Assembly (NCBI RefSeq): GCF_003334405.1 | Contig: NZ_QOWM01000005.1 | Reading direction: 5' to 3' (one strand) | Length of the DNA stretch: 64,000 bases | From: Escherichia coli | GTDB taxonomy: Bacteria > Pseudomonadota > Gammaproteobacteria > Enterobacterales > Enterobacteriaceae | Part shown: in pieces, positions 25,654-36,850 of the stretch | How the letters are laid out: each line of letters opens with the position of its first letter | How positions within the stretch are numbered: the stretch's first letter is position 1 | Program-made: the position numbers and the translations under genes | The notes under the pieces: model-generated | The model's database searches: none | The model's input: only the letters and a program-made list of their open reading frames with translations | What the model was told of the DNA's origin: nothing

Positions 25654-26157
25654 TCAGCTGTAGGTATAGGTGATGCTAATCACTGCCTGAATGGTTCCCT
25701 GAGTGGCTCCGCCATTTACCGTCAATGCTCTGACCTGTAACGGGAAGTGCGCTGATTGTGAGGAATCATCCACCTGAACTGTTTTGGTTGCGCCACTATT
25801 CAATGTGTTGCCACTGTCATCCTGTAGCTCTAACTGGATGTTTTGCGCGGTCCCCTGGTTTTTATAATATCCGGTACTGTCGGCTGCCCCGCTGAAGCTG
25901 GCAGTGACCCTCGACGTTCCCACCGGACAATTAGTCAACTCAAGCGCAACATCATGCCAGGCCGATGCCGCCCCGGCAGACATCAGACTGAAAGAATAAA
26001 GATCGCCGAGATCTACCGTGGCATTGGTGGTGGAAACCGTGCACGGTTTGGCGACGACCTTACCGTTCACCGTGATGGTGACATCGGCTGCCTGTATCGT
26101 CGCACTTGCGAGCGCCAATATTGCCGCCAATACATACCCACGTTTGCACCATTTCAT
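25654..26157 (-). CDS. fimG: type 1 fimbrial minor subunit
   Basis: 167 aa pilin-like with signal peptide. Confidence 0.9.
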   Translation of the reverse strand: MKWCKRGYVLAAILALASATIQAADVTITVNGKVVAKPCTVSTTNATVDLGDLYSFSLMSAGAASAWHDVALELTNCPVGTSRVTASFSGAADSTGYYKNQGTAQNIQLELQDDSGNTLNSGATKTVQVDDSSQSAHFPLQVRALTVNGGATQGTIQAVISITYTYS

Positions 26158-26169
26158 GAGCCTCTCCAG

Positions 26170-26700
26170 TTACTGATATTCAAGAGTGAAGGTAGCCGTG
26201 GCATTGATATGCCCCGCAGTGACAGGCACCTGTGTCGCCATTAGCCGGGCGTAAAAATTCAGCGTATTTGGTTTACCCGGCGTCAGGGTCGTCCACGAAA
26301 TCGCGGACGATGGGGCATTAATGGGTATCTGATTTTGTTGCTCATTCAGAAGCTGTATTCCCAGTCCCGCAACCGCTGACACCGTATTTTCAAGTGCAAG
26401 CAGGTTGGCATTGTGGCTATCTGCAACACCGGTAAACCCAACTTTTACGGCAGAAACGGCATTACCACAGGGTGACAGCAAAATACGAAATGGAACGACA
26501 GGAGTCGTCGCGCCAATGTTGTTAAATTGCTTCGCCGCGTTTTCCATCAGATCAACAGTAAAATTGGTTGATTCAGCGGCCACACTACAGCCGTTATCTC
26601 TGACATAGCCGCGGATAGTAATCGTGCTATCCGCAGCCAAAGCGTGACTTACCGCCAGCCACAAAAAAGCGCACAGAAGATAAAAAGGTTTGTTTCTCAT
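26170..26700 (-). CDS. fimF: type 1 fimbrial minor subunit
   Basis: 176 aa from MRNKPFYLL. Confidence 0.9.
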   Translation of the reverse strand: MRNKPFYLLCAFLWLAVSHALAADSTITIRGYVRDNGCSVAAESTNFTVDLMENAAKQFNNIGATTPVVPFRILLSPCGNAVSAVKVGFTGVADSHNANLLALENTVSAVAGLGIQLLNEQQNQIPINAPSSAISWTTLTPGKPNTLNFYARLMATQVPVTAGHINATATFTLEYQ

Positions 26701-26709
26701 CACGCCCCC

Positions 26710-29346
26710 TTAACGACATTCAGCTGATAGCTGAGTTAATAACTGCTGCTGACTCTCTGGTGGCAGTTGATAATTGGCGACACAGTGAGCATTTTCCTCT
26801 TCTCCCCATTTCACCTGAACTTTTCCCGCTAAAGGCATTCCGCTGAGGTAAACCTGACCATTATCCGCAACAATGCCGCTACTCTGGCTACTCTCTGATG
26901 TCACCATCGCCCCAAACGGCAGCGGCTTATTATTGTGGGTTAGCGTCATGAGCAGTTTTATCCCAACGCGCGCTTTAAACTCTGCTCGCACGATCGCCCC
27001 ACGGGTGGGAACAACGTTAGCGACCGCGTTATCTAAATCGACGTTATCAGCCAGGGTATTGGTATCCAGCGCTACTCTGTTCTCCCGATATTCAGTGGCA
27101 TAAGGCAGCACGGCATAACCGCGCCAGTCGGTACGCACCCCCGTCTGGTTTTCGACTTTTGCATCTTTTGCGCCAGGCGCTTTAACAAGCACCACCGTAT
27201 CGTTTAACGGCTGCCCCAGCGTTACGCCATTGGCATGAGCCAGTACCCCACCGCTGACTCCGTAATAGAGCTGCTTAATATCATCGCTATGGCTGTAACC
27301 GATGTTGGCATTGCCGTAACCACCGCGATAATTCAGCGTGGCGTAGCCTGTACTTCCGCTATTACCATCACCTCCCCCGGCGTAACCGGTTTGCACGCTA
27401 TAGCTGAGGTTGTTGTCTTCCAGCAACGTACCGTATACACCGACCAGATTGGTCATCCGACCGTTGAGATCGTGTGACATGCTGTAACTGGCACTGGCAT
27501 GTCGCCACTGAGATTTACTGTCAGAACGCAGCCAGTGGCTGAAAGGAATATTGACGTTAAGCGCTAACATCTGATCCCGTCCTTTTTGCCAGGCGTTTTT
27601 CGTCAGGCTATAGCTGAGCGTCCAGTTGATATCTTCGAATGCAGTATTTAAACCAGCCTGGAATTGCTCATCGACATTACTCGTTCCCCAATAAGTTTGA
27701 TGGCTACCACTCAAATACAGTGTTGATGTGCGCCCGAGTTGCTGAGTAACGGTGAGTTGTAATTTCCCGCGTTTGTTATAAGCGAGATTGTAATAGTCGG
27801 TGAATTTCGGCTTAACCTGAATAACACCATCCTGTGTTTCGATGTTGTAGCCATTCATTCGACTGTATGTTGTATCAGCGAAATTAAAATATCCGCTGGT
27901 CGAATAACGGTAACCCACTAACTGAATATTCGTGCCTGATTCATTGAGCGATTTGTTATAGAGAAAACGCACCGATTGTCCGTCATGCTGACTGTCATCG
28001 GGAAGTGTGGAATTAGCCTGCGTCATATCCACAGACAGAGCGCCCAGTGCCCCCATGTTTTTCCCGATACCGAAATTAAACGCACGATAACGATCCGCCA
28101 GTTGCGTTCCACCATATATTGTCCAGCCAGCCGGAAGGCCGTGGAGTAATGTACTCTGGAAAAAGCGGGGTTTTTCCTGCTGCGCATTTCCACTACGGTA
28201 TTCTCCTGCCGTAATGGAATAACGAGTATGCCCTTCACGTTGCAAAAGCGGGACTGACGAATAGGGTACGGTAAAGATCTGCGTGCTGCCGTCAGCCTCT
28301 TTAATCGTTACCTGCAAGTCACCACTATTACCTGCGGCATAGATATCGTTGATGGTAAAAGGCCCCGGCGGCACCGTACTATTATAAATGTCATACCCAT
28401 TTTGTTTAATAGTGACCTGTGCAGTACCACGAGCAATACCGTGGATCACCGGAGCAAATCCTCTTTGGCTATCGGGTAACATATTGTCATCTGAGGCCAA
28501 TTGTGCGCCGCGAAAGTTAATACCATCGAAAATATCGCCCTGGGTATAACCATCACCCAGCGTCAGCCGGGAACGTAACGGAATTATGTCTCGCTCAAGC
28601 CAGGTATTGATATGCTGCCATTTATTTTTGCTACCTGATGAACTGTCGCTACTGTTATAACTCCAGGTGGTATTGTCGCGTAAACGCCACGCACCAATAT
28701 TTAACCCACTCTGTAGGTTTAAATATGCATAATGGCTGTTACCCCCAATCCGATTCTGTACACTATTTCCGCTGAAATTATAATTGAGCAATCCGGCATT
28801 AATACCAGGATCCCATAACTCAGGAGGAATATAACCACGCGCGCGATTACTCATAAATGCCTGAGGGATCGTCAGGTTGAGTCGCTGCTGACCAACATCC
28901 AGATGCGCAGTAGCGTCATGGATCATTGAGGTTAATGGCACGCAGGCATCATCCGCCAGCAGATTCATACCGGAGACAGAAGCCGTATTCAGCTCCATAC
29001 TTGCAAGTTGCGCGCGTGTCAGGCAGGGAACAATCCCTTGTTCACTGTCGCCCGTATTAAATGTGACATCACGCGTTGCCATATAACCATTATTCAAATA
29101 GATATCGACACGATACGTCCCTGGCGGTAATTCTTGCCCATTTTCAAAACGCGATAAATCGGCCACAGCCTGGGGATCATCCGCTAAAAAGCGCGGATTA
29201 AAATAGAGTTCGGCAGATGACAAAGGTGCCTGTGCGGCAAAAGCACAGGCGACAAAGAGCCGGACAAAAAAACCAGCCAAACGATGCTTACGAATATGCA
29301 AGCATTGTGTGTTTCGCTGGTAAAGTCTTAAATTCAGATATGACAT
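26710..29346 (-). CDS. fimD: fimbrial outer membrane usher
   Basis: 878 aa usher. Confidence 0.9.
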   Translation of the reverse strand: MSYLNLRLYQRNTQCLHIRKHRLAGFFVRLFVACAFAAQAPLSSAELYFNPRFLADDPQAVADLSRFENGQELPPGTYRVDIYLNNGYMATRDVTFNTGDSEQGIVPCLTRAQLASMELNTASVSGMNLLADDACVPLTSMIHDATAHLDVGQQRLNLTIPQAFMSNRARGYIPPELWDPGINAGLLNYNFSGNSVQNRIGGNSHYAYLNLQSGLNIGAWRLRDNTTWSYNSSDSSSGSKNKWQHINTWLERDIIPLRSRLTLGDGYTQGDIFDGINFRGAQLASDDNMLPDSQRGFAPVIHGIARGTAQVTIKQNGYDIYNSTVPPGPFTINDIYAAGNSGDLQVTIKEADGSTQIFTVPYSSVPLLQREGHTRYSITAGEYRSGNAQQEKPRFFQSTLLHGLPAGWTIYGGTQLADRYRAFNFGIGKNMGALGALSVDMTQANSTLPDDSQHDGQSVRFLYNKSLNESGTNIQLVGYRYSTSGYFNFADTTYSRMNGYNIETQDGVIQVKPKFTDYYNLAYNKRGKLQLTVTQQLGRTSTLYLSGSHQTYWGTSNVDEQFQAGLNTAFEDINWTLSYSLTKNAWQKGRDQMLALNVNIPFSHWLRSDSKSQWRHASASYSMSHDLNGRMTNLVGVYGTLLEDNNLSYSVQTGYAGGGDGNSGSTGYATLNYRGGYGNANIGYSHSDDIKQLYYGVSGGVLAHANGVTLGQPLNDTVVLVKAPGAKDAKVENQTGVRTDWRGYAVLPYATEYRENRVALDTNTLADNVDLDNAVANVVPTRGAIVRAEFKARVGIKLLMTLTHNNKPLPFGAMVTSESSQSSGIVADNGQVYLSGMPLAGKVQVKWGEEENAHCVANYQLPPESQQQLLTQLSAECR

Positions 29347-29412
29347 TATTCCTCCGGTTTAAAATCACCCGGCAGTCAATTCTTTTTATTCAGGCGAAAA
29401 ATTCCCCCTGCG

Positions 29413-30138
29413 TTATTCCATTACGCCCGTCATTTTGGGGGTAAGTGCGCCATAATCATTTATTGTTCGGTAAGTAATATTGCTTCCTGCATCAGAAGGC
29501 AATTTAACCGTGCTTTCGCCCATTGGAGGCACCAATGCATTTTCAAGAACCCGGGTTCCGGCATTCAACTCTGTTACCGTCAGGTAATAGGGTGTCGGGT
29601 TAATCAGAGTCAGAGAATTCGCGCTACGACGAAATCTTAATTTTTCTGCGGCCTGATCGGGTGGCAACGCTAATTTAGCCGGGCGATAGTACAGTTTAAT
29701 GCGGCTGATAATTGCGAGCTGTAGCGTATTCTCAGTCAATTTTGATTTATCCATTGACGGAATCGCTTTAACGTTCATCCAGAATAAACTTTCCCGATCC
29801 TGTGGCAATTGGTTATTTGTTGCATCAAGAATACGTAAGGTATTCTCTTTTTTTCCCTTCATCGCAAACAGAGGTGGCGTCACGATAAAACGACCATCCT
29901 TTACACCATCGGCATTTTCCACCCATGATTGAATTAAATAGGTGCTATTTTCATCATTATTTGTCACGGCAAGTTGCACTTGTTTTTGCCCTGCCGGATA
30001 AATTACGCGAGTCGCACCTAAGGCCACTCCCGCTTCGGCGCGTCCGGCAACCATCATTGCCATGAACATCAGGATACCTGCCAGCAAGCAGAATGTTATT
30101 TCCTGCGATTTCCTTACATTGACGTTTTTATTACTCAC
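29413..30138 (-). CDS. fimC: periplasmic fimbrial chaperone
   Basis: 241 aa PapD-like. Confidence 0.9.
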   Translation of the reverse strand: MSNKNVNVRKSQEITFCLLAGILMFMAMMVAGRAEAGVALGATRVIYPAGQKQVQLAVTNNDENSTYLIQSWVENADGVKDGRFIVTPPLFAMKGKKENTLRILDATNNQLPQDRESLFWMNVKAIPSMDKSKLTENTLQLAIISRIKLYYRPAKLALPPDQAAEKLRFRRSANSLTLINPTPYYLTVTELNAGTRVLENALVPPMGESTVKLPSDAGSNITYRTINDYGALTPKMTGVME

Positions 30139-30174
30139 TGTCCTGTTCCTGTTATCACATTATCTGCTGAACAA

Positions 30175-30714
30175 TTACTGATAGGTTAAAGAGAACCAGG
30201 CCTGGGCATTGGCGATGCCGCCAGTAACCCGACGCCCGGTAGCACGATATTTGGCGATGAAATGTAGCGAAGTAGAGCCTGAGTAAAGCCGTTTCCAGTT
30301 TGCTGGAGGACGATTAATCGGTACGAGGTTTCCTTCATCATCAAACAACGCTACGCCAATATTGGTGGCTATCCCTGGCCCCTCTCCCACGGAAAGCACA
30401 TCTGGATTTTTACCATCCGCGACACCGTGAAACGCCACACCCACACGTTCACTCACCACCGTGCTACATTCCCGTAAATGAATAACAAAAGGCACCGGTG
30501 CGCTATCTTCCCCTACCGCATGAAACCGGTTACTGCTGATTTGCCCCATATTGACCGTCATTTGTTTATCACCGGCTTCAATCCGGCAAGTTTCCGCAAT
30601 AATGACGCCCTGAAATTGCATATTTCCGCCGGGCAGCGTGGTGTTCCATTTATTTCCGGCCAGAGCAAACATTGGCAGCAACGACGCTAATAGAAATAAT
30701 CTCTTCCTTTTCAT
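30175..30714 (-). CDS. fimI: fimbrin-like protein FimI
   Basis: ORF 30175..30846 trimmed to [19 protein letters not shown] for 179 aa. Confidence 0.8.
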
Positions 30715-30778
30715 CGTTATTTTTATCGCACAAGGGTGGGCATCCCTGCCCGTAATGACGTCCCTGAACCTGGGTAGG

Positions 30779-31333
30779 TTATTGATACTGAACCTTGAAG
30801 GTCGCATCCGCATTAGCAGCACCCGGGGTTGCCTCGCCGATTGCATAATAACGCGCCTGGAACGGAATGGTGTTGGTACCGTTATTCAGGGTTGTTTGTG
30901 CACTAAATGTCGCACCGTCCAGCGTCAGCTCATTTCCTGTTCTGTCCAGTATCTGCACACCAACATTTGTTGCGCTACCCGCAGCTGAACTCTGCAGAGC
31001 CAGTACTTTAGGATGAGCACTGTCAATCGCAGTCCCCAAGAAGGCAACAGCGGCTTTTGTGGCAACACTGGTATCGCAATCATTCAGCTGAATGTTAAAA
31101 CCGACAGCAGAGCTGGTTGCTCCAGTCTGCTTCAGACTAGCGGTACGAACCTGGCCCAACTGAACGGTTTGATCAACAGATCCTGCATCAACTGCGCAAG
31201 CGGCGTTAACAACTTCCCCTTTAAAGTGAACGGTCCCACCATTTACCGTCGTGGGTGTAGTTTCAGCCAGAGCCGCTGTAGAACTCAGGGACAGAGCCGA
31301 CAGAACAACAATTGCCAGAGTTTTAATTTTCAT
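30779..31333 (-). CDS. fimA: type 1 fimbrial major subunit
   Basis: 184 aa [23 protein letters not shown]...ATFKVQYQ. Confidence 0.9.
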
Positions 31334-31452
31334 ACTGCTTTCCTTTCAAAAAACTATTTCTAAATCGACATGGGCAGTCGTTCCGTACACTTTGTTTTGT
31401 CAACGAGTTTGACTGCCAACACTGCACAGTTTCCCCCCAAAAGATGAAACAT

Positions 31453-31767
31453 TTGGGGCCATTTTGACTCATAGAGGAAAGCATCGCGCACAAACTTTTT
31501 CAGTTTATTTGTTGGCTTTATATTCTATTGTTATCTTTATTTATAGATTTTTATATTGCATGAGGTGGTTTTTGGAGAGAAGAATGAGGAAGTTGCTTCG
31601 AGACACAGAAACGTTAGCTTTACATTTAGCGGAGGTGATGTGAAATTAATTTACAAGAGAAATGATTTACATATCAAACAGTTAGATGCTTTTTGTCGTT
31701 TTATAATATTTTTATGCTTGAGAAAAAATACGTAACTTATTTATGATATGGACAGTTTTGGCCCCAA
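31453..31767. promoter_or_regulatory. fimS: fimS invertible promoter element (fim switch), apparently in the OFF orientation
   Basis: 9 bp inverted repeats TTGGGGCCA at 31453-31461 and TGGCCCCAA at 31759-31767; internal TTGAGA-N18-TATGATA promoter (31718-31748) reads toward fimE, away from fimA. Confidence 0.7.
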
Positions 31768-31814
31768 TTGTCTTGTATTTATTTGTTTTTTACCTTTACT
31801 ATCAATAAGTTAAA

Positions 31815-32411
31815 TTAAACCTCTTCTCTTTTTAATTTTTCGTTTATAAGATTATTTCTTTCCCATAATCCGGCAAAACGAGCAGCATTACTGGCGGTAT
31901 AACGCACAGTATGGCGAATATTTCGATGCCCGAGATAATCCTGAATTAAACGGGTATCTGCACCACGCTCCGCCAGTTCATAACCGCAAGCATGCCTTAA
32001 CATATGAGGATGAGTCTGCGTTACGGTTCCAGCTTCAATACCGGCATCGCGAATAATGCGATAGGCCTGCTGGCGAGAAAGCCGACTCCCGCGGCGAGAA
32101 ATAAATATAGCGTCGGTCCGGTCAGCGCCTTTCCAGTTAGCACGTTCCTGGGTCCAGCGTTCCACGGCTTCACGCTCATCAAAACGTAACGGGTGAACGG
32201 TAGAAAATCCGTTCTTCAGTCGGCGAATATTTATTCGACCTTCATTAAGGTCAAGGTCCTGATAATGCAGATCAAGCAGTTCACTAATACGCATCCCATG
32301 CCGATATGCCAACAGAATAAGACAATAATCTCTGGCTCCCGTTGCCCCGTAACAAACCGCCTGCATCATGGCCTGAACTTCTTTACCGGTAAGATAACGA
32401 CGTTTACTCAC
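31815..32411 (-). CDS. fimE: fim switch tyrosine recombinase (ON-to-OFF)
   Basis: 198 aa tyrosine recombinase. Confidence 0.9.
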   Translation of the reverse strand: MSKRRYLTGKEVQAMMQAVCYGATGARDYCLILLAYRHGMRISELLDLHYQDLDLNEGRINIRRLKNGFSTVHPLRFDEREAVERWTQERANWKGADRTDAIFISRRGSRLSRQQAYRIIRDAGIEAGTVTQTHPHMLRHACGYELAERGADTRLIQDYLGHRNIRHTVRYTASNAARFAGLWERNNLINEKLKREEV

Positions 32412-32887
32412 AATAGTAGTACTCCTGACTGAGATATATTTGAATGAATACCTATAGGAAACCTCAATCGGTCAAAATTAGCCCAATAGATAAAAAGATA
32501 ACCACACACGAAGTGATGTGGCTATCAGTCAATTACATTAAATATCATACAAAAATAAAATATCACTGATGTGATAACATCTATTTTCATTGATTTGATT
32601 CAATATAACAATAGATTGCAGTGGATTAACTTCCAGTTGCTTAAAAAATAAAGAAAAAATGTGAAAACAGATGAATTTAAGTGATGTGTAAATTTATGAA
32701 TGATTTTGTTTATTTATTTTGAAGAACATAAACCATTGTATTTTGTATGGATATGGTTAACTTAATGTTTATTATTATAATTAAGAATCACACTTACAAT
32801 AACATCAATTAATAAATGGTTAATCATTTTTGATATATCGTAAGAATAATGTAGTTTTTAACACCATCCCTGGTATCTCAACTATCT

Positions 32888-33490
32888 CTATAAAACAGCG
32901 TGACGCTGTCGTCCTCTGGCCCTATCCCAGATGCCGTAAAAACGCCCTGCATTGCTGGCGGTATACCAGACAGTATGACGAATATTGCGATGCCCAAGAT
33001 AATCCTGGATAAGTCGCGTATCTATTCCCATATTCGCCAAAGCAAAACCACACGAATGGCGTAACATGTGCGGATGAATCTCCAGTGACAACCCGGCATT
33101 ACCACCGGAAGTCGAGATAATATGGTAAAACTGTTGCCGAGAAAGCGGATTCCCCTTACGCGATAAAAATACCCATTCGCTCTCAGCATGCGGGTACGAA
33201 GTACGGATACTCAACCAGTTTTTTAAAGCCTGAACTTCTTTGTTCAATAGCGGGTGCGTTGTTGAAAAGCCTTTTTTTAATCGATGGATATAGATACACT
33301 TTGCCTTAAGATCAATATCCGAAATCCTCAATCGACAAATTTCACTCGCCCGGAAACCATGAATAAAACAAAGCAAAGTCAGACAATAATTACGTGCTGC
33401 ATGAGGCCCGGTATTTGCTGCTTTAAGGAGTGATTCGATTTCACTATGGGTCAGGAAGTTCCTTTTTTTGTTATCAGCCTTATTCTTCAT
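32888..33490 (-). CDS. fimB: fim switch tyrosine recombinase (bidirectional)
   Basis: 200 aa tyrosine recombinase. Confidence 0.9.
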   Translation of the reverse strand: MKNKADNKKRNFLTHSEIESLLKAANTGPHAARNYCLTLLCFIHGFRASEICRLRISDIDLKAKCIYIHRLKKGFSTTHPLLNKEVQALKNWLSIRTSYPHAESEWVFLSRKGNPLSRQQFYHIISTSGGNAGLSLEIHPHMLRHSCGFALANMGIDTRLIQDYLGHRNIRHTVWYTASNAGRFYGIWDRARGRQRHAVL

Positions 33491-34503
33491 CGTTTTCCCT
33501 TATAATTACAGACGCGCACTAGCTGTGCTGGGTTAGCAATAATCCAACATTTTAATCCTGATTATGTTTATAAAAGCGAACGTTTGCTTAATAACTAACG
33601 TAAGTGGACCAGTTCTTCTGAGTGAACTTAAATGGAGTAGCGATAGTTACTTATAATAACTTTGCCATACAAACGCCATGCTCTTGCATGCTATGTACCT
33701 TTATATATTTATAAATCTGATACGAATCGAATAATAACCCTCATCATTAATGCAACTAATCTTATCTATATATCATGTGATATGTTCTGTAACAAGTAAA
33801 ATCAACATAAAAAATTCAGCAAAATTTAATATTCGTTCAACTAGCCGTCTCACATATGACATTATTAGTCAACTGCATTTGCCACAAAATGGCTATTTCA
33901 TGGAACGCAGTAATTTCTTAGTGGCTATTATCATGCTAATTCTTAGATCCCTAGCGATTATTCCTGCCTGGTTCGTCAGCTTAGGCCATGAGATTGTTAC
34001 ATTCCCTTTTATCCTGGAGATATGGGGGAACGCAGGCGACGCTTTTTCATCTACATCCGTTGGTAACTATGGCTTTGGTCACTACGACTTAAACCTTCCT
34101 CAATCACAGCTATTCGCCGGGCGATACGGCAAACAAACTAAGTGAAACATCATCCTGAAAACACCAACATCAACAAGCCTCTCCAGATCGACATCAGGAG
34201 TGACCAGTTACAAGCCACAAACCAAGAAACATATTTCATGATGAGAATTATACTCAGCCTGATGGCGGGTAAACACTTATTTTCACCAAGCTCACTGAGT
34301 TAGCTTGCAAAGCTTTCTTTGTTTAGATTCTAAATAAATTATTTACAAAACAGATTGTTAAAAGAAAACCTTTAGTTTTTGAAGACCAATGCAAGTGTTC
34401 GTCTGGCTTCACATGGCATCTGCTTCTTAGGAAAAGATCGACATATTTTGTGACACGAATTGCAAATCTGGTTTTGTTGTATGGATTGCGTGATTTTTGA
34501 TCT

Positions 34504-34523
34504 GGTATAACAGGTATAAAGGT
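34504..34523. promoter_or_regulatory. NanR operator-like GGTATA repeats upstream of nanC
   Basis: GGTATAACAGGTATAAAGGT: two exact GGTATA hexamers and a degenerate third. Confidence 0.5.
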
Positions 34524-34943
34524 GCACCGCGATAGTCAATGAGACTGGGCATCTCGTAATCTATGGCAAACATCACTTCAGTTCTTTCTCATCGGGTGAT
34601 GAAAACGCACTTCAGTCTGAAAGGAATATGAAAATGAGATCAACAGACACTCTATTTTATGACTCTGGGTAAAATGGATTGAGTAAGCGATATAGCTTAC
34701 GAAAATTCAAATCAATTAAACATCAGCAGAGATTTTATACTCAGGTATTTAATCTGGCCCTCTGTTTATTTAAATAATGTGGAAAGAGATTTTTCACAGG
34801 AGATATTATACAAAAAATATAAAATACAGCTACCGGTTGCCAAAGACACTATAAGCCTGGCAAAAAAATATTACACAACATAAATGCTAATTGTTTATGC
34901 GGGCTTTGTATTGCTTTCTGTATCCTACAAATGAGTGAAATTT

Positions 34944-35660
34944 ATGAAAAAGGCTAAAATACTTTCTAGCGTATTATTACTGTGCTTTTCGTCCCCATTA
35001 ATTTCTCAGGCTGCGACACTGGACGTACGTGGTGGATATCGTAGTGGAAGCCACGCCTATGAGACTCGACTCAAAGTCAGTGAGGGATGGCAAAATGGAT
35101 GGTGGGCAAGCATGGAAAGTAATACCTGGAATACCATTCATGATAATAAAAAGGAAAATGCCGCACTCAATGATGTTCAGGTTGAAGTTAATTACGCGAT
35201 TAAACTTGATGATCAATGGACGGTGCGCCCGGGAATGTTAACGCATTTTAGCAGCAATGGCACACGCTACGGACCCTACGTAAAACTGTCCTGGGACGCG
35301 ACAAAAGATCTTAATTTTGGCATTCGCTATCGTTACGACTGGAAAGCTTACCGACAACAAGACTTATCTGGTGATATGTCTCGTGATAACGTTCATCGTT
35401 GGGATGGATATGTCACTTACCATATTAATAGTGATTTCACCTTCGCATGGCAAACGACGCTATACAGTAAACAGAACGATTATCGCTATGCAAACCATAA
35501 GAAATGGGCGACGGAAAATGCATTTGTTCTACAATACCATATGACGCCCGATATTACGCCATACATAGAATATGACTACCTTGACCGTCAGGGTGTTTAC
35601 AACGGCAGAGATAATTTATCGGAAAACAGTTATCGCATTGGTGTGTCATTTAAACTGTAG
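34944..35660 (+). CDS. nanC: N-acetylneuraminic acid outer membrane channel (KdgM family)
   Basis: ORF 34935..35660, start at MKKAKILSSVLLLCF for 238 aa. Confidence 0.9.
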   Translation: MKKAKILSSVLLLCFSSPLISQAATLDVRGGYRSGSHAYETRLKVSEGWQNGWWASMESNTWNTIHDNKKENAALNDVQVEVNYAIKLDDQWTVRPGMLTHFSSNGTRYGPYVKLSWDATKDLNFGIRYRYDWKAYRQQDLSGDMSRDNVHRWDGYVTYHINSDFTFAWQTTLYSKQNDYRYANHKKWATENAFVLQYHMTPDITPYIEYDYLDRQGVYNGRDNLSENSYRIGVSFKL

Positions 35661-35679
35661 TAGACAGGAGACAGTCACA

Positions 35680-36786
35680 ATGAATAAAACAATAACGGCG
35701 CTTACTATCATAATGGCTTCATTTGCCGCAAACGCGTCTGTATTACCGGAAACTCCTGTGCCATTTAAAAGTGGTACCGGAGCAATTGATAACGACACTG
35801 TCTACATTGGTTTAGGTAGCGCAGGTACGGCATGGTACAAGCTGGATACACAGGCCAAAGATAAAAGATGGACAGCGTTAGCTGCATTCCCTGGCGGACC
35901 GAGAGATCAAGCAACCTCTGCATTTATTGATGGCAATCTGTATGTGTTTGGCGGCATTGGCAAAAACAGCGAGGGCTTGACTCAGGTATTTAATGACGTA
36001 CACAAATACAACCCCAAAACCAATAGCTGGGTTAAATTGATGTCGCACGCGCCGATGGGCATGGCGGGCCATGTGACTTTTGTACACAACGGCAAGGCTT
36101 ATGTTACTGGCGGTGTTAACCAGAATATCTTCAATGGCTATTTTGAAGATCTCAACGAAGCTGGAAAAGATTCAACCGCTATAGATAAAATCAACGCCTA
36201 CTATTTTGACAAAAAAGCAGAAGATTATTTCTTCAATAAGTTTCTGTTGTCTTTTGATCCCTCAACACAGCAATGGAGTTACGCTGGCGAATCTCCCTGG
36301 TACGGAACGGCTGGTGCGGCGGTTGTGAATAAAGGTGATAAAACCTGGCTTATTAATGGCGAAGCCAAACCAGGATTGCGAACGGATGCCGTATTTGAAC
36401 TTGACTTCACCGGTGATAATTTAAAATGGAATAAGCTTGATCCCGTCTCATCACCAGATGGCGTCGCTGGCGGTTTTGCGGGGATAAGCAATGATTCTCT
36501 TATATTTGCTGGAGGGGCCGGATTCAAAGGTTCACGAGAAAATTACCAGAACGGTAAGAACTATGCGCATGAAGGCCTGAAAAAATCATATAGCGTTGAT
36601 ATTCATCTTTGGTATAACGGGAAATGGGATAAATCGGGTGAATTATCGCAAGGTCGGGCCTACGGAGTATCATTGCCCTGGAATAATAGTTTATTAATTA
36701 TTGGCGGTGAAACTGCAGGCGGCAAAGCAGTGATGGATTCAGTTTTAATTTCTGTGAAGGATAATAAAGTCACAGTACAAAACTAA
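35680..36786 (+). CDS. nanM: N-acetylneuraminate mutarotase (Kelch-repeat)
   Basis: ORF 35572..36786 trimmed to MNKTITALTIIMASFAANA for 368 aa. Confidence 0.9.
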   Translation: MNKTITALTIIMASFAANASVLPETPVPFKSGTGAIDNDTVYIGLGSAGTAWYKLDTQAKDKRWTALAAFPGGPRDQATSAFIDGNLYVFGGIGKNSEGLTQVFNDVHKYNPKTNSWVKLMSHAPMGMAGHVTFVHNGKAYVTGGVNQNIFNGYFEDLNEAGKDSTAIDKINAYYFDKKAEDYFFNKFLLSFDPSTQQWSYAGESPWYGTAGAAVVNKGDKTWLINGEAKPGLRTDAVFELDFTGDNLKWNKLDPVSSPDGVAGGFAGISNDSLIFAGGAGFKGSRENYQNGKNYAHEGLKKSYSVDIHLWYNGKWDKSGELSQGRAYGVSLPWNNSLLIIGGETAGGKAVMDSVLISVKDNKVTVQN

Positions 36787-36850
36787 CGCTTCAGGGCCCC
36801 GGTAAAGGGGCCCTGCTATCAATTTGTCATTTCAATTACGCGAAATTTAT

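Noticed and set aside
30715-30846. Longer fimI ORF overlapping the fimA 3' end
   Set aside because: The upstream extension lacks a signal peptide, which begins at [13 protein letters not shown]; the shorter 179 aa form was chosen.
24732-31333. Allele typing of fimH and fimA (pathoadaptive positions)
   Set aside because: Several residues appear to differ from my recollection of K-12, but I cannot align from memory reliably enough to name substitutions; left uncalled.
33750-34145. 131 aa ORF in the fimB-nanC intergenic region
   Set aside because: Sits in the AT-rich 1.4 kb regulatory region between divergent fimB and nanC, which is expected to be non-coding; composition-driven ORF with no ribosome-binding site context.
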